Positions 32,386-41,535 of a stretch of DNA of 64,000 nt are shown here, piece after piece. The notes beneath the pieces were generated by a model. That model saw only the letters and a program-made list of their open reading frames with translations, did not search any database and was not told where the DNA came from. Numbering within the stretch: the first letter of the stretch is position 1; each line of letters starts with the position of its first letter. Location: contig JBBTFY010000005.1 of NCBI GenBank assembly GCA_038041635.1, forward strand, positions 9,781 to 73,780, given 5' to 3'. Source of the stretch: Pseudomonadota bacterium (GTDB lineage Bacteria; Pseudomonadota; Alphaproteobacteria; Sphingomonadales; Sphingomonadaceae). Made by a program: the position numbers and the translations under genes.

Positions 32386-33254
32386 TTGACGGCACCTTGC
32401 CCCAACAGGCGCGGCACTAGCAAGAGGCCGGCGAGTATTGGGTGGCGGCGCTGCCACGGGGCGATCACAATGTGCGTACCCGCGTGGCGATTTACCTTCC
32501 ACGCCAGATAATCAATCCCGCCAGCAAAAGTGAATGTTGCCTTGAGCAAGCGCAGGACCGAAAGCGCCTTGCCCTCAATCCGCCGCCTTGCCCACCCGCC
32601 ACCGCGTGCTCCGCCCCTCTTCTCAGGCGCAATAGCCGCCAAGGCGGGAACGCTGAAACGCGTATAGCGATCAGGGTCGGCATCAACCACCGAAGCTGCA
32701 CGACCACCACGTTCGGCGCGCAGTTCCGCCGAATAGGTCAATGCAAAAGCGCGTCGCCACCAATCAAGCGGCGTTTCATCATCTCTCGCCTCAGCCGCCG
32801 CAAGCAGTGTTGGCGCAGCGCGAGCGACCGCAGCAATTGCCCGCTCGCTTGCCGCTTCATTGCTGGACCACACCAGCCGCGATGGTTGCGCAAAACGCGC
32901 CCACACCGAAACATTGCGTGTTTCCGGCCCGCACAGGCGATGGAAATCAGCCTCGCTCAGCACCGCATATTTTGCGCTCAGCCCGCCGTGAGCGAACGGG
33001 AAAACATTGGGCGGGATGAGACGGTTGGCAAAGCCGAGCCAGCGCGCATGATAAGCGGCACGATAATCCGCTACGATGAGGTAAAAATCGAGCATCAAGC
33101 CGTCAAGCTGTGCCTCGCGCAGACAAGAGCCATAAAACAGCACCGCACGCGCGCCGGGGTGAAGCGCGGCAATCGCCGCCGCCATGGCCGACACTTGCGG
33201 CAAGACGGGCTGCGTCAATTCCTCGCATACCAGCGCCTGTAAATCTTGAGCCAC
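32382..33254 (-). CDS. Tam41-like nucleotidyltransferase-fold protein (CpgC-like)
   Basis: FYGSC..MLDFYLIV, AKYAVLS, ARFAQP, DYLAWKV resemble Tam41 motifs; 3 bp downstream of a DAG/ceramide kinase gene. Confidence 0.65.
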   Translation of the reverse strand: MAQDLQALVCEELTQPVLPQVSAMAAAIAALHPGARAVLFYGSCLREAQLDGLMLDFYLIVADYRAAYHARWLGFANRLIPPNVFPFAHGGLSAKYAVLSEADFHRLCGPETRNVSVWARFAQPSRLVWSSNEAASERAIAAVARAAPTLLAAAEARDDETPLDWWRRAFALTYSAELRAERGGRAASVVDADPDRYTRFSVPALAAIAPEKRGGARGGGWARRRIEGKALSVLRLLKATFTFAGGIDYLAWKVNRHAGTHIVIAPWQRRHPILAGLLLVPRLLGQGAVK

Positions 33255-33257
33255 TTC

Positions 33258-34226
33258 TCAGGCCGCGAGTTTGAGGAAGGGCACAGGCGATGTAGCCTGC
33301 AACGTAATGGGATGCCCCGTGGTTGCATGAAATGTTTCGCCATCGAGGATGACGCTCGATTTATCGCCCTCGATGCGGATAAGGTCGCCCTGCTGAAAAA
33401 AAAGGCCGTCGGAGGGCGTTTCCCCAAGTTGACCGAACAGCGCGACACGAAACATACCAAATACCGATTTCAGATCCGCCTTGACCGCAAGCAGCTTCAT
33501 TTGGCCAATCGCTTTGCCATCACCAGCGGGCGCGTTGAACAACAGCCGTTCCAATGTAGTAACGATCAATACGGCAAAGCGACCTGCCAAAGCACCTTCG
33601 CGTTGCATCGTTACTGTCACGGGGTTTGAGGGGTTGCGACCCAGGCGGCGCAATCCCGGGATCAGGCCGATGATCGCCAACAGGCCGGCTAGGAAATGTG
33701 CCAACCCATTGGGCAGGCCCAACGGATAAATGCGATCACGGCAATGCAAGATAGTGTCAGCAAGGCCAGCGCCGCCAAGAAACATGCCCAACACCGGTTG
33801 GTTGGTACTGCTGTTCGAGAGTGAAATAAGCTCGCGTTCGACAATGTGCCCCGCCATTGTTCCACGCGCCAAGGCCAACACAGATTCCAGCGCCAATAAC
33901 GGATCGCCGCTCGCCCCCAAATCGAGCGCAATCAAATTGGTCTTGCCGTTGGGCAGAACCGCCACTGGGGGCACTTGTCCTGGTGCAAAATGTCCGCCGC
34001 CATATAATTCTGTCAGCATCGCCTGCACCGTTCCATCGCCGCCATTGACCGCAATCACCCGTGGACGCACCAAAGCAATCGAAGCCAATGCCGCGCCGAT
34101 CTGGTCGGCATGCTCTACCTCATAGTGGAAAACATCCGGCTGCAGCGCGCAATAATCACGAATTTTAGGCAAAAAAGCGCGGTTTCCCGTCGATCGAGGA
34201 TTCGACAAGAGAGCAACCGCAACCAT
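33258..34226 (-). CDS. Diacylglycerol/ceramide kinase family protein (CpgB-like)
   Basis: NPRS, NGGDGT, LPNGKTNLIA, LDGE motifs. Confidence 0.88.
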   Translation of the reverse strand: MVAVALLSNPRSTGNRAFLPKIRDYCALQPDVFHYEVEHADQIGAALASIALVRPRVIAVNGGDGTVQAMLTELYGGGHFAPGQVPPVAVLPNGKTNLIALDLGASGDPLLALESVLALARGTMAGHIVERELISLSNSSTNQPVLGMFLGGAGLADTILHCRDRIYPLGLPNGLAHFLAGLLAIIGLIPGLRRLGRNPSNPVTVTMQREGALAGRFAVLIVTTLERLLFNAPAGDGKAIGQMKLLAVKADLKSVFGMFRVALFGQLGETPSDGLFFQQGDLIRIEGDKSSVILDGETFHATTGHPITLQATSPVPFLKLAA

Positions 34227-34243
34227 GGCTATTGTTCATTCCT

Positions 34244-34759
34244 TCAACGCGGTAAGATCGGCTCGAAACTGGTGCCTTGGACATAGTTCAAAATGACGTT
34301 GACCCGCACAGGCGCATCATTGACCTGAAAACCGACGCGCGCGAGATTGGGTTTACGGCGCAATGCCATGTCAAGGATGCTGACATCGGGGTTACCAGAA
34401 AAGCCGCCACCATCGCTGCGATCGCTATGGCCATCGCCATTGGCATCGTGCCGCACCGAAATTGCGTAGCGCCCGGCCGCACCAACCGGCACGCAAATCG
34501 GCATGTCGCCGCTGCGCGTCATCGGCACGTCAATGCGTTGCAACCATGCGCGGCGTTCAAGGAATGTGCGTGGGTTTGCGGCATATAACTGGACACGAAC
34601 GCTGCCGCTGCGCACGCGAAACCCAGTAACATTGACGATTACCGAGGCTTCACCGCCATCGCAGCGCGCAGCGTGCGGCCCCAAAGTGGTCGCGCCAGCG
34701 GCGGCAGCAATTGCAGCGGTCATCCCGCCCAAAGCGGCAAAGCCAATCCATTTCTTCAT
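34244..34759 (-). CDS. DUF2141 family exported protein
   Basis: Signal peptide, GRYAISVRHDANGDG, DGGGFSGNP. Confidence 0.8.
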   Translation of the reverse strand: MKKWIGFAALGGMTAAIAAAAGATTLGPHAARCDGGEASVIVNVTGFRVRSGSVRVQLYAANPRTFLERRAWLQRIDVPMTRSGDMPICVPVGAAGRYAISVRHDANGDGHSDRSDGGGFSGNPDVSILDMALRRKPNLARVGFQVNDAPVRVNVILNYVQGTSFEPILPR

Positions 34760-34985
34760 ACCATTTTCACTCCAGTTGCAGCCCATAGCGCGGCATTTTT
34801 GCTGCGCAGCAGCACACCCCCAAAATCACATGTGCACACTATTGCACCCATTTGCGGCAAAATTGGGGTAAGGCTGTACACATTCATAACGCCGGAACCA
34901 TGAATGGCAGCTTTCCCTGCCCTTCACTTTGCGCTAATCGCCGCAATACTCGCTGCCGCACCCCCTCGCTGGAGACACCGCCCTG

Positions 34986-36212
34986 TTGCGCTTCTTTTCC
35001 TGGTCCGCAACCGACCGCTACATCGCCAGATTGATCGCCGTGCCGCTTCTTGCGACATTGGTGTTGTCGGCAATGTTGCTGGTGCTCGAAAAAATGGGGC
35101 GACTGCTCGACTTTGTAGCGACCGAGGGCGGGCCGGTCAGCGTGGTGTGGCGAATGCTTGCCAACCTCATCCCGGAATATCTATCGCTCGGCATCCCCAT
35201 TGGATTGACGCTCGGCATATTACTGGCGTTCCGGCGGCTCGCCGTTTCATCGGAAATTGACGTGATGCGCGCCGTCGGCCTTGGCTATATGCAATTGCTC
35301 AAGGCACCTTATGCTTATGCCATTGCGCTGGCTATATTGAACCTTGTTATCGTTGGCTATGTGCAGCCCGTCGCGCGATACGCTTATGAAGGGCTGCGGT
35401 TCGAATTGCGTTCGGGCGCGCTGGGTGCGTCGATCAAGGTCGGCGAGTTTACCAGCCTGGGCCAGCGCCTGACTTTGCGCGTAGAGAGCAGCAGCAACGA
35501 AGGGCGCAATCTGTCGGGTATTTTTGCGCATGCCGTGGCCGCCAATGGGCAAACCATATCCGCCAATGCGCGCACTGGGCAATTTCTGGCCACCAGCGAT
35601 CCCGATACAATCGTCCTGCGATTAACAGGCGGTATGCTGGTGCATGACGGCCCGCGCTTTACAACACCGCGCGTTCTGACATTCACTTCGCATGACCTGC
35701 CCATCGACTTGCCCAAAATCGAAGCCTTCAGACGGCGGGGCGGGGCCGACCGCGAATTGACCATCCCCGAACTCGCCCGCGTGGGAAATGACGTTGCGAC
35801 GCCGCTGGCCACACGCCTTGAAAGCCGCGCCAATTTCCATTTCCGCCTTGTCGAGGTAGCCTCAATGTTTTTGCTGCCGTTGCTCGCCATCGCTCTCGCG
35901 GTGCCGCCCAAACGATCAACATCGGCGCTGGGCATTTTCCTAGCCATTGTGATGTTGGTTACGCAGCATAAAATCAATGAATATGCCGAAGATTTCGGTG
36001 CGCTGGGCGGTGTTGACCCCTTTTATGCGTTGTGGATTCCCTTTCTTGGGTTTGTTGCGCTGACACTATGGATGTTCCACACGCTGGCCAATGTTCCCGG
36101 CGGACAGCCGATTGGTGCGCTGGAGCGCAGTTTTGCCAAACTATCCGGCGCGATAGCGCGGCTGTGGCGACGGCTGCCATGGCTCCGTGATTTAACGAGG
36201 GCGCAGCCATGA
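34986..36212 (+). CDS. lptF: LptF/YjgP family ABC permease
   Basis: DRYIAR, 3 TM + periplasmic domain + 3 TM, SSEIDVMRAVG; TTG start. Confidence 0.88.
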   Translation: MRFFSWSATDRYIARLIAVPLLATLVLSAMLLVLEKMGRLLDFVATEGGPVSVVWRMLANLIPEYLSLGIPIGLTLGILLAFRRLAVSSEIDVMRAVGLGYMQLLKAPYAYAIALAILNLVIVGYVQPVARYAYEGLRFELRSGALGASIKVGEFTSLGQRLTLRVESSSNEGRNLSGIFAHAVAANGQTISANARTGQFLATSDPDTIVLRLTGGMLVHDGPRFTTPRVLTFTSHDLPIDLPKIEAFRRRGGADRELTIPELARVGNDVATPLATRLESRANFHFRLVEVASMFLLPLLAIALAVPPKRSTSALGIFLAIVMLVTQHKINEYAEDFGALGGVDPFYALWIPFLGFVALTLWMFHTLANVPGGQPIGALERSFAKLSGAIARLWRRLPWLRDLTRAQP

Positions 36213-37324
36213 GTGCGGGCGCAACCATGGGCGCGGGCGGTTTTTTCCCCTCACAAACAATCGGCTGGTATGTCGGCAAGATGTTTCTGTTACGCAGTTT
36301 CGTTATATTAGCGATGCTGGTGCTCGTCCTGCAAACGCTCGACCTGCTTGGTGAAAGCGGGAAAATCCTCGCCGTGCCGGGGAATAGTGACGCCGATGTC
36401 TGGCATTACAGCGCGCTGCGCCTGCCGCAAATCATTTCCCGTTTTCTGCCCTTTTCGGTGTTGCTGGGGACGCTGGTCACGCTGGTGACGCTCAACCAGA
36501 ATAGCGAGATTATCTCGATGAAGTCGGGCGGGCTTTCGGCGCATCAAATCCTTGCGCCGCTGATTGTTGCCAGCCTGTTTGTTGCGGGGTTCAGCTTTAT
36601 ATTCAACGAACGTGTGGTCACCCGCTCCACCGCCGCTCTATCCGCTTGGCAAAAGGCCGAATATGCGCGTGTCCCCATCGACAGCGGCGTGCACAGCAAT
36701 GTCTGGGTCCGGTCAGACGACGCGCTCATCCACGCCACCCGCGTGCGTGGGCGCGGCAGTCTGGCAACCCTCGAAGGGGTTGATATATTCGAACGCACCG
36801 ACACAATGATTACCAGCATCGTTCGCGCTGGCACCGCCACTTATGGTGCCGATGGCTGGCAATTGACCCATGCCCGCCGCTTTGATGTGCGCAGCGGCAG
36901 GGTCGAACAATTGGGCACCATCGTCGCCGGACGCGGTGTTCCGCCAGACCGTTTTACCCTTGCCAATGTCAAGGGCGACAGCCTGGATTTCATGGCGCTA
37001 CGCAGCGCCATCACCGAACTTGAGGCCGCTGGCCGCCCGACACAGGCGCTCAAAGCCGCGCTATGGCACAAAATTAGCGGGCCATTGTCGGCGGTGCTGA
37101 TGCCGCTGCTGGGCGCCGTCGCAGGGTTCGGGCTCGCGCGGTCTGGCCAGCTCCTCATCCGCGCCATCATCGGCATGGGGCTGGGCTTTGCTTATTTCGT
37201 CGCCGACAATTTCGGGCTGTCGATGGGCAATTTGGGCGCTTATCCACCGCTGCTCGCGGCGTGGGGGCCATTTGCGCTGTTCCTGCTGATCGGCGAACTG
37301 GTGCTGATCCGCAGCGAGGAGTAA
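36209..37324 (+). CDS. lptG: LptG/YjgQ family ABC permease
   Basis: LPFSVLLG, NSEIISMKSGGLS, PLLAAWGP; coupled to lptF by ATGA. Confidence 0.9.
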   Translation: MSAGATMGAGGFFPSQTIGWYVGKMFLLRSFVILAMLVLVLQTLDLLGESGKILAVPGNSDADVWHYSALRLPQIISRFLPFSVLLGTLVTLVTLNQNSEIISMKSGGLSAHQILAPLIVASLFVAGFSFIFNERVVTRSTAALSAWQKAEYARVPIDSGVHSNVWVRSDDALIHATRVRGRGSLATLEGVDIFERTDTMITSIVRAGTATYGADGWQLTHARRFDVRSGRVEQLGTIVAGRGVPPDRFTLANVKGDSLDFMALRSAITELEAAGRPTQALKAALWHKISGPLSAVLMPLLGAVAGFGLARSGQLLIRAIIGMGLGFAYFVADNFGLSMGNLGAYPPLLAAWGPFALFLLIGELVLIRSEE

Positions 37325-37632
37325 CGCCCACTCTGCCCCACAAACCACAGGATCACCACTAGCGCAAGCGGCGAGGCAAGGCCAACCCAACCCTGCGCTA
37401 CAAAGGGCGCAAATAGTGGCATTCGCGACAGCAGCATCAGAGCGCCAATGAGCGCCAGAAGCCCTGTCATATCCGCAAGAAATCCGCGCCAATGCCTCGC
37501 GCGTTCGCGGGAATAGCGTGCCTGCTCATCAATGCGCCGTTCAACCGCCAACAGGAAATCGCGATCACCCGCGCGGATACGTGGTGTCAGCCCTATGGCG
37601 AGCATGTGATCGAGCGCATTATCGTCCATCAT
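37240..37632 (-). CDS. Small two-TM protein, putative anti-sigma factor
   Basis: Overlaps the ECF sigma 3' end; soluble N-terminus then two hydrophobic helices; tail overlaps lptG on the other strand. Confidence 0.6.
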   Translation of the reverse strand: MMDDNALDHMLAIGLTPRIRAGDRDFLLAVERRIDEQARYSRERARHWRGFLADMTGLLALIGALMLLSRMPLFAPFVAQGWVGLASPLALVVILWFVGQSGRYSSLRISTSSPISRNSANGPHAASSGG

Positions 37633-38158
37633 CGCCAGCCTCCGCAAGTATCGCGCGCAATCGCTGTTTGCCGCGCAATACTAGTGATTTTATGCTGCCA
37701 AGCGGCATACCCAATATCGCGGCGACTTCACTATGCGACCAACCATGCCCATCGCACAGGACAAGCGCGGCCCGTTGTTCGTGCGGTAATGTGCGCAGCA
37801 ATTTTGCCACGTCAATCAGCGCTTCTGTCGCATCAGTTGTGGCAATAGTTTCGCCCGCGACGCTGTCGTGACCCCACAGCGCGCTTCGCCGCCGCGCCCG
37901 CCGAGCCGCATCGAGGAACAGCCGCCAGCCAATACCCGTAAGCCACGCGGCATAACTGCCCTGCCCGCGATAATCGCTGGCACGCAGCCACGCCTTGAGG
38001 AACACTTCCTGTGCCAGTTCATCGCCCACGGCACTTCCCGCCAGTCGGCCCAGGAACGCACGAAGGCGGGGTTCGTGCCGCAACACCAAAAGTTGAAAGG
38101 CAAAGCGGTCCCCCGATGCGACACGGGCGTTAAGCGCGGCGTCCTCATCCGCGTTCAG
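37619..38158 (-). CDS. ECF sigma-70 factor (probable CTG start)
   Basis: DELAQEVFLKAW (region 2), SYAAWL, LPHEQRAAL..SHSEVAAILGMPLGSIKS (region 4); frame extends upstream to (L)NADEDAALNARVASGDRFAF. Confidence 0.88.
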   Translation of the reverse strand: MNADEDAALNARVASGDRFAFQLLVLRHEPRLRAFLGRLAGSAVGDELAQEVFLKAWLRASDYRGQGSYAAWLTGIGWRLFLDAARRARRRSALWGHDSVAGETIATTDATEALIDVAKLLRTLPHEQRAALVLCDGHGWSHSEVAAILGMPLGSIKSLVLRGKQRLRAILAEAGDDGR

Positions 38159-38681
38159 CGGCTTGCTCCCGCTCCATCTCGCGCTTGACGAGTTGGCGAC
38201 GGATCAGCAGCGCCGCACCGACGAGGAGGGGAAAGAGCGCCGCACCAGTAGCGATGCGAATGGCGTTTTCTGCGCCTTGAATGATGCCAAAGCCCGCTAT
38301 CGCCAAGCCTATAGCAATCAACACCAAGCCATTGCGGTCATCACCCGGCATTTCGGGCGCGCCCGCCGCAACGAACGGCTGGTTTACCTTGTCAATCAAC
38401 GCGCCCGCATGGGTGGATTGGCTCTCGATCGATTTGTTGATCGAACGGTGCAGCATCCACGCCTGAATCAAGCGCGTGACAAGAATGAACGCGACGATGA
38501 AGACCGCCGCAGCCATAGCATTGTCGAGCCAACTAAACAGATTATGCGCAATCTCTACCGACGGATTGTCGGACGGCGGCAGGTTCGCAGCAATCGAGGC
38601 GGGGTCGATATGCGCAGCGATGGCCGCGAGATCATCAGGCTTAAGCGGTGCTGCAGGCGGTGCGGGGGGTAAAATCGTCAT
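38145..38681 (-). CDS. Three-TM membrane protein, DUF6249-like, upstream of the ECF sigma
   Basis: TM, short soluble loop, DDRNGLVLIAIGLA, ALFPLLVGAALL. Confidence 0.7.
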   Translation of the reverse strand: MTILPPAPPAAPLKPDDLAAIAAHIDPASIAANLPPSDNPSVEIAHNLFSWLDNAMAAAVFIVAFILVTRLIQAWMLHRSINKSIESQSTHAGALIDKVNQPFVAAGAPEMPGDDRNGLVLIAIGLAIAGFGIIQGAENAIRIATGAALFPLLVGAALLIRRQLVKREMEREQAAERG

Positions 38682-38761
38682 CGGTCATCCTTTGCATCAT
38701 TGGTTTCAATGACTAGACGCCACGATGATGCGCCATGGATGCAACCATGCGCACATTTTCT

Positions 38762-39850
38762 CTAACGCCTCTGCCGCCAGCTGCTGCGGACCAATTGCAC
38801 GACAAGCCCGGGCAGGCCGGGATAGCTGACCTTATGATAGCTGGTTGTGGTGCCGAGCGATGCAGTAATCCGCCGATGCGCCTCACCCAGATTGTGATAG
38901 GGCAGCCCCGGCAACAGATGGTGCAGCGCATGATAGCGCAACCCCACCGGAGCCCATAGCGCAGGCAGCGGGCTGGGCGGCGGCACATTGACGCTGTCGA
39001 GATATTGCGCGGTCACGCTCATTTCCCCGCCATCATTGGCCCATAAATGCGCCACCAAGGTGCGAATCTGGTTGAGCAACATGATGCCAGACAGCACCAG
39101 CATCGCGGTGATAAAGGCGCGCAAAGGAATGACCCCGCTCGCCACACCAGCGATCACCGCCATTGCCCACAGCGCGGTCGGCGTTTCGGTCAGGATGACG
39201 TGCCGCCGCAACGCTGCATCGGGTGCACGGCGGCGAAAAGCGGGGTTGATGACCAGCCCTGAATAGCGTTGCCATATGAGCGTCCGCAGCGGCGGAATGA
39301 GCAGCGATAATGGCGCCAATATGCCATAACGCAACAGCAGCCCCAGCGGGGCCAGTAGCGAAATCAGCACGAACACCGGCACCGTCCATGGCTTCATATG
39401 CGCTAGGGGCAGATATTCCGGGTCATCCACCGTGCCATATTTTTTGCGCATATGGTGGGTGTTGTGCAACCCTTCATACATGAACGAGGGCAGCATCACC
39501 GGAATGCCGACGACGATGTGCCACGCGGTCCAGAAACCCGGCACGGCGGACAGGCGCATATGGGTCAGTTCATGGATGAACAGTCCCGCACGATAAAGGC
39601 ACAATATCGCCACGACGCCGGATGCAAGTGTGAAGGGTAACGAGGTCGAGACTATTGCCCCTACCAACCCGGCATAGCCGAGCACTGCGGACCCCAGCAT
39701 ATCACCCCAGTAAATCACTTTGCTTGGCGTGTTGAGATCGGCCGTCAGCTTTGCCGCAGCGCGGATCATCGCCATATCCTCGCCGCGCTGGGCGGATGAA
39801 GGTGGCGCGTCGGTAACGGGCGCTGCAGCTGGGCTCGATATTTTGGTCAT
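38762..39850 (-). CDS. Membrane fatty acid/sphingolipid desaturase family protein
   Basis: Three His boxes: HELTH, HNTHH, HALHH. Confidence 0.9.
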   Translation of the reverse strand: MTKISSPAAAPVTDAPPSSAQRGEDMAMIRAAAKLTADLNTPSKVIYWGDMLGSAVLGYAGLVGAIVSTSLPFTLASGVVAILCLYRAGLFIHELTHMRLSAVPGFWTAWHIVVGIPVMLPSFMYEGLHNTHHMRKKYGTVDDPEYLPLAHMKPWTVPVFVLISLLAPLGLLLRYGILAPLSLLIPPLRTLIWQRYSGLVINPAFRRRAPDAALRRHVILTETPTALWAMAVIAGVASGVIPLRAFITAMLVLSGIMLLNQIRTLVAHLWANDGGEMSVTAQYLDSVNVPPPSPLPALWAPVGLRYHALHHLLPGLPYHNLGEAHRRITASLGTTTSYHKVSYPGLPGLVVQLVRSSWRQRR

Positions 39851-39989
39851 GGGTTATGCCTCGTGCGACACTCGATGCCCTCCACCCGTGCACCGCGCAA
39901 GATATTTTGCATCGCTTTTGCGATTGCGTTGTCAGGCAGTTAGCCATGCAACATGGCAGGATGATGGCATAGCTTGGCGGATAGTTACC

Positions 39990-40346
39990 GCTTTCCTACA
40001 GCCTTGTCGCCATGGTAAGTTGCGCACATGACTTTGCCTGATGCCCATAATCATGCCCGTATCTGCACAGCGATGTTCGCGTTCCTATCCCCCTCCCGCT
40101 TGCGGGAGGAGTTAGGGGTGGGCCTCGTCTTCTCCGCGTCTTCGCGTGCACTCACTCCTTCGTCATCCCGAACTCGTTTCGGGATCGCAAATGGAAGGCA
40201 TATCCTCTCACAATATCCCGAAACGAGTTCGGGATGACGAGAAAGGAAACGAAGTGTATTATGCGTATCATACGACTGTGTATCGTTGATACCACACTTC
40301 GCAAACCCGCAGACCGCCGTTGTTTTCCCCATATAGTCTATCAACC
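39990..40346 (+). repeat. Dispersed composite non-coding element, copy C (inverted relative to A and B)
   Basis: GCTTTCCTACAG at 39990-40001; reverse-complement core at 40254-40346. Confidence 0.88.
40162..40238. repeat. REP-like inverted doublet GTCATCCCGAACTCGTTTCGGGAT...ATCCCGAAACGAGTTCGGGATGAC
   Basis: Perfect 24-bp inverted repeat; each arm is itself a hairpin. Confidence 0.92.
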
Positions 40347-40370
40347 AAATACCAAAATACAGGAACATTC

Positions 40371-41528
40371 GTGACAATAGCCCCCGTTTCCATCGCCTCG
40401 GCCAACAGCAAAGCGGATCGAAACGCCTTCATCGACCTTGCCTATCGCATCAATGCCGACGACCAAAACTGGGTGCCGCCATTACGCGGCGAAGCGATGG
40501 ACCTCATCACCCCCGCCAAAAACCCGTGGTTTGACCATGGCAAGGCGCAGCTGTTCCTTGCGCGCAGGGGGCTACGCGTCGTCGGACGGATTAGTGCGCA
40601 TTTCGACACGCTCGCGCTCGAACAGCCTGCGGAACAAGGCATGGGTCCGGGCACGGGCAACTGGGGAATGCTAGAGGCCGAGGATGCAACCGTGACGGCG
40701 GCGCTGATCGCGCAGGCCGAAGATTGGCTGCGCGAACAGGGGATGACCCGCGTGCTGGCGCCGCTATCGCTCTCCGTCTGGGACGAACCCGGCCTGTTGA
40801 CGATGGGGCACGACCATCCGCCAACGGTGATGATGGGGCATGACCGTGCCGAATATCAGGCATGGGTTGAGGGTGCGGGTTATAGCCCAGCCAAACAGCT
40901 TTACACCTATGACCTGTCAATCCGCGAAGGATTTCCGGAACTTGTCAACCGCATCGTTGCTAGCGGTGAACGCAGCAGCAAGATCCGCATCCGCAGGGTC
41001 AACAAGGCGCGGTTCAACGAAGAAGCCGCGCTTATCCTCGCTATCCTCAACGATGCGTGGAGCAGTAATTGGGGATTTGTGCCGCTAACTGACGCCGAAA
41101 TTGCGCATGTCGGCAAAAAGCTCAAACCTATCGTTTATGAGGATATGATCCGCATCGCCGAGGTTGATGGCGAGCCCGTGGCGTTCATGATGGTGCTGCC
41201 CGACCTCAACGAGAAAATCGCGGGGTTCGGCGGGAGACTGTTCCCGTTCAACGTTTTCAAACTGCTGTGGTGGATGCGCAAACCGCAATCACGTACGGTT
41301 CGCGTGCCCTTGATGGGCGTGGTCAAGCGCTTGCAATCGAGCCGTATGGCCAGCCAGCTTGCCTTCATGATGATCGAATATATCCGCCGCGATGTTGTCC
41401 GTGACTATAGCGCCCAGCGCGGCGAAATCGGCTGGGTGCTCGACGATAATCAGGGGATGAACGCGATTGCCCAGGCAATCGGTGCCAAGGTCAATAAAGT
41501 CTATACGATTTACGAAAAGCCATTGTGA
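40371..41528 (+). CDS. Tandem-GNAT acyltransferase, bacterial ceramide synthase (bCerS)-like
   Basis: [45 protein letters not shown]; GTG start; lipid-locus context. Confidence 0.72.
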   Translation: MTIAPVSIASANSKADRNAFIDLAYRINADDQNWVPPLRGEAMDLITPAKNPWFDHGKAQLFLARRGLRVVGRISAHFDTLALEQPAEQGMGPGTGNWGMLEAEDATVTAALIAQAEDWLREQGMTRVLAPLSLSVWDEPGLLTMGHDHPPTVMMGHDRAEYQAWVEGAGYSPAKQLYTYDLSIREGFPELVNRIVASGERSSKIRIRRVNKARFNEEAALILAILNDAWSSNWGFVPLTDAEIAHVGKKLKPIVYEDMIRIAEVDGEPVAFMMVLPDLNEKIAGFGGRLFPFNVFKLLWWMRKPQSRTVRVPLMGVVKRLQSSRMASQLAFMMIEYIRRDVVRDYSAQRGEIGWVLDDNQGMNAIAQAIGAKVNKVYTIYEKPL

Positions 41529-41535
41529 GAGGTTG

